Assembly: GCA_008632985.1 (NCBI GenBank)
Contig: QPGO01000013.1
Span: 806,001-838,270 of the forward strand
Direction of reading: 5' to 3'
Source: Psammoneis japonica
Taxonomy: Eukaryota
Length of the DNA: 32,270 nt
The notes under the pieces were generated by a model. It worked only from the letters and a program-made list of their open reading frames with translations. It ran no database searches and was not told the DNA's origin. A program made the position numbers and the translations under genes. This document shows positions 22,873 to 32,270 of the stretch, in pieces. Position 1 is the stretch's first letter, and each line of letters begins with the position of its first letter.

Positions 22873-22989
22873 NNNNNNNNNNNNNNNNNNNNNNNNNNNN
22901 NNNNNNNNNNNNNNNNNNNNNNNNNNNNNNNNNNNNNNNNNNNNNNNNNNNNNNNNNNNNNNNNNNNNNNNNNNNNNNNNNNNNNNNNN
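22873..22989. other. Assembly gap (117 N)
   Basis: Run of N, followed by a (CA)n tract at 22990-23014. Confidence 1.
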
Positions 22990-23014
22990 ACACACACACA
23001 CACACACACACACA
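22990..23014. repeat. (CA)n microsatellite abutting the gap
   Basis: Run of AC repeats. Confidence 0.95.
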
Positions 23015-24477
23015 ACATTGAACATGACAGCACTGTCTCTGCACTCACATTGTCAGCATTGAAGCATTTTTCACATCAACAGTTTCAAACTCAATGGAAC
23101 ATTTGCTTGGCAACAAAGAGTGGTGGCCAAAATTTCAGCTCATTTTCTGCACATGCACAGAGCTGAAAAGTTGCTTCATGCTGCCATTTTCAAAAAGTGT
23201 GCTCCATTTGCACAAGGCGCTGAGCTGCTCTACATCACTGAAGCCACAAGCAAATCAACCCAGTGTCAATTTTCTGTTGTTTGCACAGCAAATTTCTGCC
23301 TCCCTCAAGTTGACAAGGGAGAAACAGTCACATGAGTCATCAGCTTGATCAAAAACTTTGCACCTGGCTGCGTTTCTTGGCTGCTGCACAACAAGGGAGC
23401 CCCAATGATTTGCTGCAGACCCAGCGGGAAAGGAAACTGCCAGGCTGCAACTCTGCTTGCACCATCTCCATCAGCCCATCCAGGCCACCTCTGCTGCCAC
23501 ACTTTCCTTGTCTCCCAACACCACCCCAGCCTCCAGCCAAAGGAGGGGGGCCATTGCTGTTGCTGCTGAAAGCCAAAGGCAAAGAAGCACCACCAAGTTT
23601 TGAGCTGCCTCACTTCTGGACAACTTGTGTCCCAACTCTGGGTGGGGCTCTGTGAAACATGGGCCCACAGAATTCTGTGCATGAGCTCCACAGTTGGTGT
23701 GTTGGGCAGCAAACACATTTGTCTTTGACACCCAAATGAAAAGCCACTTTTGCATCACCATGGACTGCAGCACTTCTGTCATTGCCATGTTGTTTGCATG
23801 GTGAGCACAGAGCTCATGTTCAACCCATTTGAGCATTTTTTTCCAAGTGTCGCACAACTGATTGAAGCCACAGCTTCGCTCTTTTTTGTGGCCATGTTTG
23901 GCTCAATTGATGTGAGCAATTTGGGAAGCATCTTTGGAAGTGAGATCAATGAAGGCAGTCTGATTGTCAGCGCCTTGTGGGGCATTTTCAGCACAATTTG
24001 TGTGCACAAGAAAACACACGGGATCTGTCCAGCATTCCCAAATGCCCCCATTGCACTGATTGACAGACTGTTTTCATTCAAATTCCATGTGACTTTCTTT
24101 GACAGTCTCACTTCCAAAGACATCCCCCAAATTCTGGTGTGGTTGACAAGATTGTGGAGCAAAAGGCATGGCACTTTGCGTGCCACACATTTGGTGCCAC
24201 TGATGGAATCAAATGTGGTGCACTGCTTGGCACAGAAGCCAGCAAAGTCATTGATTGTCCATCACTTGGCAGCACAGGTGGGTGGCTTGTGTGCTGCACA
24301 CAACTTGCCATTGCAAGTGGCGTGCATGATGATGGTGCATTGCCAGGCAGAGAATGTGCCACTGTTGACAGTGTGGCACTTTGACCTGCACCAGGGGCTT
24401 TGGACATGGGGGTGCATGGCAGAGGGTGGCACTGAAGGTTCAAAAGAAAGGGTCAAACAGCAGCTGTGTTTTCCAAA

Positions 24478-24577
24478 GGTGCATCACTTGGCTCAGAAGA
24501 TGGAGCTGATGAAGACACAGTCAATGGTGCAATGCTTGGCTCAAATGATGGATGTGGCAATGACCTGACACTCACAA
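24478..24577. repeat. 100-bp direct repeat, copy 1 (copy 2 at 29233-29332). Encodes PSxEPSIAP..SSAPSSEPSDAP on the minus strand
   Basis: Identical to copy 2 except for one A/G difference. Confidence 0.95.
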
Positions 24578-25461
24578 CAGACCATTTTGCATGGAATGGA
24601 ACAGACAGATTTTTTCCAAAGTGGGGTGTGCGGAAGATTTGAGCCAAACTTCACCTGCGCACAGTTGTGGCCAAGTTGCCACACCCAATGATGATGAATT
24701 TCTCACCCGCTCCCTCACTCTCAGGGATGTCATGGGTTGAGGAACTTGCAAAACTTCTCAAAGTCCCTGTTGGAGCAATTTTGTGTGTTGAAATGGATGG
24801 ATCAAAGCCTTGCGGGGTTGACAATTGCTGCTTGCCACAAGTGCAGCGAAACACACAAGGCAGACACAACAATGGACCCCAACACTTGTTTCATTGACAG
24901 TCATGGTTTCCAGTTGCCCCCAATGGCAAAGGCCAGAGACCCGAAGATGCAAAAGGAAGGAAAACTTGCATTTGCAACAACACTTTCTGTCATGGAATGG
25001 GGCATTCATCTCACATGGTGTGCGTGCCAAAGAATTTTGTCACAACCATCACAAGTGCTCTTGGAGTCAAACCTGAGCACCGAGAGAAAGTTTTGAATGA
25101 TCCACGCAGTCAGGTGATTGCACCGTGGCATTTTCATCCTGAACATCAGCATTGTGACAAAAGTTGAGCAAGTGCTGGCACCTGAATCTGTGCAACAGCA
25201 ATGCGACACTCCGGGATTGGGAAAAGAAAAAGTGGGTTGGCTCCCCCCCCCCAACTACAAAGTTGGGTCACACAAAGAGATGGAAGAGCAAAGGCATGAG
25301 GTGCAGCCCCAAGAGCAATGGAAAGTGTCTTCTGGCATTGCATTGGACTCACCAGAGTGGCTTGGGCCACTTCTGACTGCACAGAGTTGCGCCAAGAGGA
25401 ACATGAAGACAAATGTTCCCAGTGGCAATGCTTCAAGGGGTGAAATTTCCAATCCTTTTAA

Positions 25462-25855
25462 GGCGGGTCAGTCACCACTTTTTTTAGCTCGAATTTGGTC
25501 GAATGGCTTGTGTTTTGCATGATTTTTCCTGAATTTCACCGTGCTTCACCATGGTGAAAACAACAAGCCACAAGTCTGTGACGGAGGTGGTCCATCTGCC
25601 AACACTCATTTGTTTTGTGTTTGTCATGTGTCAAAGATTGTGTGTGCATGAAAAGTTGATAGATGGCACGCTGCGTTTTTGAGAAATGTTGATGATTGTC
25701 ATCATCGTCGTGCTTCGATCGCGGTGTTGATGGTTCTCGTTTTCGTGCGCAATCGGGTGCAACTGTGAACAATTGTTGCACTCAAAAACAAGCACCACAA
25801 AAAATCTCATTCAAATGCAACGGTGGTTCTAGGATGAACGCGGGGGTGACCCGCC
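25462..25855. mobile_element. Putative 394-bp MITE with 9-bp TIRs (GGCGGGTCA/TGACCCGCC) and a TTAA target site
   Basis: ttaa|ggcgggtca at 25458-25470 and tgacccgcc|ttga at 25847-25859. The right TSD would be TTAA->TTGA, matching the local mutation signature. The interior keeps more CpG than its flanks. Confidence 0.6.
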
Positions 25856-27629
25856 TTGATGATGTCGCCAATGCCCCGAGAACAGCTGGGTCAAGTGTGA
25901 CAAAGTTGGTCACTCCAGATGCTGGCACCCCGTCTTCCACTGCAAGCATGCTGGCAGAGAAGCACGCTGTGGTCATGACAGCTCGAGCTCAGAGTTTCAA
26001 TGAAGAACTGGAGGACAAAAAGTTGGAGGTGGAGCATTTGAGTGAAATGGTGGAGCGACTGAAGGAAAAGATGTCCGACAAAGACAATGAAACAGGAGAG
26101 CTCCGCATCAGAGCAGATCAGCAAGGGAAAACAACAGAGATGTCAAACAGTTGGATTGCCAGAATGGGCCATTCTGGCATGCAGTCCAGGTTGACAAGGG
26201 GTTTTGAATTGATGATCTGTGTGTGTTGCCAGGAGTTGCGTGCATCCACCCCACAAAGAAGCTGAAGCTGCAGACTCAGCAATCAAGCAAGGACATGGCT
26301 CCACATCAGAAGATTGGGAACACAAGAGTTGTCATTGAACAGGTTGATGGGCATGCAAAGATGACGGGTGGACACTTCAACTGTGTCATCCATTGCTTCA
26401 GCTTGACCTTGCTCTGTTGTTGATGCAGATTTGTTTTCTGATGCAGAACTTTCATCCTGCCATGTGCGTTGCATTGATGGAAAATGCAGAGAACATCCCT
26501 GCCAAGCAGAGATTTGCTGGCATGGTGCTGCAGCCAATGGTTTGGCAGATGTGCATGGACAGGTTCACCTTTGGGGCACAGCAAGTGAGCACAAGAGGTT
26601 TGCGGAGCTCATGGAACAAGAGCCGGAAAAGTCATTGGTCGATGTTGGTGAGATGGTGCTTTGTGAAGACCGGCCTTGGAAACTCTGAGAGGAGCACAAC
26701 AAATGCACTGGAACTGACAACTGGCTGTGCAACAACCCCCAGTGGTTGTGTCTCATTGCATTGTTCTGAGATGCTTGAACAGAGCTTGCGCTGCTGGGTT
26801 GTCCTCAGAAAAACACTTCCGATCCAGCATTTGTTGATGGCATGTGTCATTGCCATTCATTTCACAATGAGGTCTGACACCCAAGTTGATGTTTCTCCAT
26901 GTGTTCTTCAAGGCACGTCTCTGAGCTTCCTCTTCTGTCTTTGGAGCTTGGCAGAATTGCATTTCTGAAAGTCCCTGAGTTGCGCCATGCCGGTGTTGCT
27001 GATTTCCTGCAATCCAGCAACATTTGTCCATCATGACAGGCTTGGGAGTGCTTCTCTCTTCACCCCCCAATGATGGCACTGGGTGTAGAGCACACAGCAA
27101 CAGTGCAGACATTGACCAAAACCAGCAGCACACAAAGCACAACAGCTGTCAATCACTCCAACAATGCGCCCAAGATTGTGCCCATCTTTTGCAAAGGTGG
27201 TTGGCTCAACTTGCAAGACCATGAAAACAAGACATGGATGGAGCTCTTTTCACTCACCTTTCTCTGCCCTCTCTTTCTGATTCTTGTTCACAGATGCAAA
27301 CTGTTTTGACAGCACACACAGTTTTGTCTTGTTGTCCAAGAATGCAATCGTGCGAAGCTTCAATTCTTGGTGATCAAGAACCCGTTGGAGCGCCGTGCCA
27401 TCCTGATGGTCTTCTGGCACTTGCTTTCACCTCTGCAGCCATGGCACTTGTGAACTGAGGAAACGGCAAGCTCAGGGCTCTCAATTGCAATGTCCTCAAA
27501 CTTGACAAGAAACTGCCCCCTGGAGCAAAGATCACAGCATGTCTTCAGCTCACATTTCAATTTCACATGTTTGTGTCTTTGAAAGAAAGCCACCATCATG
27601 AGATTCTCAAGCAGTTCATAAATTTTCAC

Positions 27630-29090
27630 TCACGGGTCTCCAGTGTCAATGGCAAAGAAGGAACCAGATGCACCTTTGTTCTGATTGAAAGCTTGCACCA
27701 GATGAGGTGCCTCTGCCTCAAGAGAGACAAAGCCTTTTGTGCACTTTGTCAAGTCATCTTTTTGGAGCTTGTCCCCACACTCAGAAGTGGTGTTGGCTCC
27801 ACAAGCACTCAAGAAGCTCTTTGGCTGTGCAACATTGCATTGCTCTGGTTTGTCCTTTGCAAAATGGCACCCAGCTGCCTCAGTCTTAGACAAGCATGAT
27901 TTGTTCAGGTGGTTGTGAGGGTTGAAAGAAGTCAGATTCTTGGCATCATTTTCAGAGAGCTTGCCACGAGGCGCAACTTTTCCCGCGGCATGTTTCCTTG
28001 TCATGACCGTGCTTGGCATCGCCAGTTTTCAATCAAGTTGCCTGACATTGCAGTTGAAATTACAACAAAGGGCCCTTTCAGAAAAGCATTCAGCCACAAC
28101 AGTGACATGCGCAGAAACCCTGTCCAACGTCCATGTGTCATCGAGCTTGTCACTTCAAAGTGTGCACTCCGCCACTCATCGCAAACACAAAGACATCTTT
28201 GATTCTTGATTGATGCTTGCTTCTTGATTGACATTCAATTCTGGAGGGTTGCTAGATTCCTCATCAATGGGTGCATTGAAAATTTCTAGAGCTGTCTTCT
28301 CGCCAACACCCGGAAGACCTGATTGACCAGGCATGCCATCACACCCACAAAGAGGAGCGCCAAAGATCTGAAAGACTGAGTGACCAAAGGAATGACAAGC
28401 ATGAGGAAGTGCAGCCATTTTCCCTCTTTCTGACAAAGCTCTTTCCATGTTGTTGCTCTCCATGTCAAAGAAGCGGACACTCCAAGTGTGATGGGAGTCG
28501 ACAATCAGCACTTTCTTTTGCCCGAACGCAAGCACATCAGAGTCTCCAGAAATGACCACTTCTGTTCAATCCCCAGTGACAGGATGGTGCCAGAGCTGTG
28601 AGTCTGCTTCCTCTGGTGCAATGATGGAAGACACCATGAATGAGTCACAAACCTTCTTGGCCACAAGAATGCACAGAGGTTCATCTTGCAACAAGTTGTT
28701 CCTCTCATCAGAGTTGGAGTTCGTGTTGTCTCTTCTGGCATGTTCACGCCTCTTCCATTCAGAGTCCCTTCCATCAAAAGCAACAAAGAGCTTGTCACCA
28801 AGATCACACATTCTGGCAAGATAATTCGGTGTTGAAGAAAAGTCCCGCAACGAAGGCCCGCAGTCTCCATTTGTGTGTGCGTGCCTGTGTCATTGGGCAC
28901 ACATGTGCAAAAGTCTGGCAACATCAAAGCCAATCACTTTTCCTTGAAGACCAAGCTCGTGGCTTGTCTTGAGAAAGTCGTTGAACCTTCTGCACAGTGA
29001 GAGGGGCAGCAAATTGTTCTCACCTGATGATGACTCAAGTGTCTTGCAGCGTTTGAGGCCAAAATCTTCCGTGCACCCCACTTCATCTGG
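27630..29090 (-). pseudogene. XPG/Rad2 (EXO1/FEN1-like) 5' nuclease pseudogene with a downstream SAP-like motif
   Basis: Motifs in the expected order across shifted frames: GLQGKVIGFDV, FVAFDGRDSEWKRREHARR, IIAPEEADSQL, VISGDSDVLAFG, LCGCD..GLPGVGEKTAL (H3TH), then NVAQPKSFLSACG..GDKLQKDDL (SAP-like). Confidence 0.8.
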
Positions 29091-29119
29091 CCATCTTCCA
29101 TGTAAAATGGTCTGTGGTG

Positions 29120-29480
29120 CTTGGTGTGGAGGCAGGAGGGTGTGAGTGATGGTGTGTTGCTTGCTTCCAAAGATGGCTTTGTTGATGGCGGTGCTTCACT
29201 GGGCATCACACTTTCAACTTGCCAACTCTGATGGTGCATCACTTGGCTCAGAAGATGGAGCTGATGAAGACACAGTCAATGGTGCAATGCTTGGCTCAGA
29301 TGATGGATGTGGCAATGACCTGACACTCACAATGGTGCTTGCTGTGGAGGCAGCAGGGTGTGAGTGATGGTGTGTTGATTGCTTCCAAAGATGGTTTTGT
29401 TGATGGTGGTGCTTTGCTGGGCACCACACTTGGCAACTCAGCCAAGCAGTGGAGTTTTCAATGGCACACTGCATGAAGAA
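29120..29480 (-). pseudogene. Relic of Pro/Ser/Thr (PSxxPSxAP) repeat coding sequence, including copy 2 of the 100-bp repeat
   Basis: Minus-strand translations PSSEPSIAPLTVSSSAPSSEPSDAPS and MPSEAPPSTKPSLEASNTPSLTPS. Internal duplication 29133-29200 / 29347-29430. Confidence 0.55.
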
Positions 29481-31765
29481 ATGTGCTGGGCACCATGGCA
29501 CAGGTGGTTGACAGCACAGCAAATCAAGCAAGTGAGGGCATGCCGATCAGTTTGGCAAAAAGGGAGCCACACAGAGAGCAGAGCTTGGTGCTGCACTTGA
29601 GCAATGAAACAAATGATCAAACAATGTGCCAAAAAACAGGTTTCCACAGCTGTCATGCACAAAAGTTGTTTTCCAGGTTTTTTGTTGAGTTCCAAGCAGA
29701 GCAACACATTGTGCGCAGTTGTGGTGAAGCATTTCCTGCAAACATTCCCAGATGCACTCACAAAGACATTGATGCCTTGCTCTGATGTCACCAAAAACAT
29801 GCTGTTGCACTACAAGAGACACACAACCACAACTCAACACACTGCTTTTTCTTGCCACAGAGCAGCAAGAGACATGTGTTGGTCACTGAACAGGGGCTGC
29901 TCCTGGCATGAAGCCAGCCATCTTGAAATGAGCACCACAGAGACCAGTGCCAGTTTTGCCATTTGTGGTTTTAAAAATCCCGGAAAGAGTGAAGTCATTG
30001 AGCATGAAACATGTCTGTGTGGTTTTCTGTGGGGAATGACAAGGCTGCTTGTTTTTCTGTTGGCAATCATGGAAATGTCAGCTGCCAACCCTCTCTGACA
30101 AACATGCAGCAGAGATGGCACACAGACCTCCATGAGTGAGCAGAGCAATCTGCTGGCTTGCAACACCAGCTTTTGGGCCATCAATGACAACACACAAGTG
30201 GCAAGCTTCAGCAGATGTGTGTGCTTCTCAATGCTTTCATTGGCCTAAAAAGAGCAACAGTCAGAAAAGAGCCCAGTTTGGAGACTTTTTGAATGATCTG
30301 GCCTTTCATGTGAGATCAGAGCGCTGCCATTGTGCAGTTTGCCAAGGGTGCGGTCAATGGCCAGTGGAGCCAGATGTCTGCAACAGCTCTCGTGGCACAA
30401 GCAATGGTGCAAAGTGGTGGGAAGGATGACAGTTGCAAGGGAAATGAGATTCAGAGGGATGGGTTGGTTGGCGCCACTTCTCAATGGGCAAGAAAGCAGC
30501 CCCAAAACCCCAAAGGAGAATTGTGTCAGAGGCACACACCAGCCAGAAAGATGTCTTTGGAGATTGTTTGGGGGCAAAGGTGCACAAGCAAGATTGTGCA
30601 AAGGGCCTTGGATTGGAAAGCATGAGCATTTTTCTACAAGGAAAGCTGCAAAAATTGTGGGCATTTCCAAAAAGTCAACGAGCTTGCTTCAAGGATGACA
30701 CCATTGTTTGCTTGTTGACTGTGTTGGAACTTCCAAGGCAAGTTTCAGCACCTTGCCCTGAATGCACTCCAACAGCTGCTCTGAACATGCAGAAGACACG
30801 AGGGCAAAGAGGGTGGCAATGTTTTTGAGAAAGCTGGCTGTGGGGGATGGGATGAGGTGGCCAGTGCTCTGCTGCGTTCCACTGAGAAGAAGAAAGATTG
30901 ACAAAGAGTTGGTGGTCTTTGAGCATGCCTCAGCTGTGCCCCCATCTCCAGGCAATGGGCCGTTGATCATGCAGGTGTGACAAGTGTCCGAAATGGGCTC
31001 TGTGATTTTGCCTGTCATGATGGCAGGACAAAGTTGTGCCCATTGCATGGTGGTGCACTCCTGGGAAATTCTCTCCGTTTCTCGCCACTTCAGTAAAAGA
31101 GATATAATCATATCTAATGTGCAGATCTAATCTCTATTTTGGAATGCATATAAATAATAATGAACGGAAAACTTTATCTAAATAAACATAATATTCAGCC
31201 TTTTCTGTACTTATATACAGTAATGCAGTGCTCAGTGCGGCCAAATTTAATGTGTATAATCAGTTGACGATGTCCGTAACTCAATACTGCAATGTCAATA
31301 AAAAAAAATTCTTGATAAGATCATAAATATGAAATTCAAAAAACAAACAAACATTAAAGCTTTTAAAAAATTTATCAAGCTACGCACTCGTAGGAAATCA
31401 ATTTAATTTTTTGGCGGGAATGTCGAACGAGATGTCACAAAATGCCAACACATTTTGGAAGAACAAGACCCACCACTGCAGTTCCCGGCTGCGCTGTTAT
31501 GTGGAAAGATATGAAAGACCGATCCATTTAACAGAGGCAAGACTCAGCGAATGAGCTCCCGGAAAAGCTGAGCAGTTTGTTATGTAGCGATGCCGATGCC
31601 TTATCAAACTACAAGACCCAGCGATTCTAGACCCGGCAATTCAACTCGTGGGTGTATCTTTCAGTATGATGTGATGTATCTATGTAGCACAGAGTGTGAA
31701 ATGTTGACACTTTTTTTCGACATGCGAATCATAGTCGAGGTGACACTCAGCAAAAGTACAGAAAG

Positions 31766-32270
31766 ATGAAGCTGCTTAAACATGGCATTTTATACTTGGC
31801 GCTCGTTGGTAAGCAGCATGGTGTAAACTCCAACGAAGTGCAGTGGATAAGACGCGAGTTGAATGCCCGGTCGATTACATCAGCTGCTCATGCGATCCCA
31901 GAAGAAGTAAGCGAAGCAGCTGTCGGCTACGAAGGATTCTTGCGAAGACCTGCTGTGGGTCGAGAATTAGCGACTCCTGTTCCTCCTTCGCCACGACCTC
32001 CTTCGCCACAACCTCCTTCGCCGAGGCCGCCATCGCCGCAACCACCATCTCCCCGACCCCCTACGCCACCTCCTTCTCAGCAAACGGCAGCAGTTTGTGA
32101 AGTCACTGTACGTACACCATGGAGAACGCACGCTTCGCTTGTACGGGAAACGCCCTGCTAATGTGGACAATCTTGTGCCTTTGCTTTCGTTTAGGTGGAC
32201 ATTGATTGCACTAGCGCAGAAGATAAGTCAGTACCATGTGATGATATCCCGCAGCCTCAGGGAGTGTGTT
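31766..32270 (+). CDS. Secreted PPSP-repeat protein with a Cys-containing domain, 3'-partial. Exons 31766-32107 and 32195->32270
   Basis: Short hydrophobic N-terminus, RREL/GREL processing-like motifs and (PPSP[R/Q])n repeats. A phase-0 intron at 32108-32194 (gtacgt..ctaat..ttag) gives CEVT|VDIDCTSAEDKSVPCDDIPQPQGVC. Dinucleotide composition is normal. Confidence 0.75.

Noticed and set aside
23440..23600. Possible further relic of a Pro-rich/KGK secreted gene
   Set aside because: Only low-complexity resemblance, with no alignable block.
25696..26265. Coiled-coil ORF (EELEDKKLEVEHLSEMVERLKEK)
   Set aside because: Probably a gene relic, but its 5' part lies within the putative MITE and no family is recognisable.
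6850..31090. Classical fungal RIP or simple CpG decay as the whole explanation
   Set aside because: RIP enriches TpA and CpG decay does not remove it, whereas here TpA is lost even where CpG is retained.
1361..31111. Many short Cys/His-rich ORFs in the ORF track
   Set aside because: They are explained by loss of TAA/TAG stops in TpA-depleted DNA, overlap in all frames and carry no recognisable domains.

Overview
Eukaryotic genomic DNA with short GT-AG introns, most consistent with a pennate diatom (inferred from a CoDi-type Ty1/copia element and diatom-style secreted Pro/Ser/Lys-rich proteins). Genes with normal composition lie at 1-1303 (bestrophin-like membrane protein, one frameshift), 3835-5170 (D-amino acid oxidase-like), 5510-6480 (secreted poly-Pro/SSSKGKGY protein) and 31766-end (secreted PPSP-repeat protein). 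Between them are large domains (~1.8-3.7 kb, ~6.8-15.9 kb, ~16.3-31.1 kb) that are almost devoid of TpA and often of CpG, and rich in TpG/CpA. The window holds a tandem segmental duplication (~2.2-6.5 kb versus ~11.1-15.6 kb), so the mutations can be read directly. In the second copy nearly every TpA has become TpG or CpA (A:T->G:C on either strand), most CpG has become TpG/CpA, and some TG<->CA double flips occur. The copia pol ORF shows the same signature (Tyr->Cys/His throughout, YxDD->HTDD) but keeps its CpGs. This points to a region-targeted, TpA-specific A->G hypermutation process, opposite in direction to fungal RIP, and is the main candidate for an undescribed system. Also present: a domain-permuted copia block inserted into an LTR-like repeat, a TTAA-flanked MITE, an XPG/EXO1-like nuclease pseudogene and an assembly gap.
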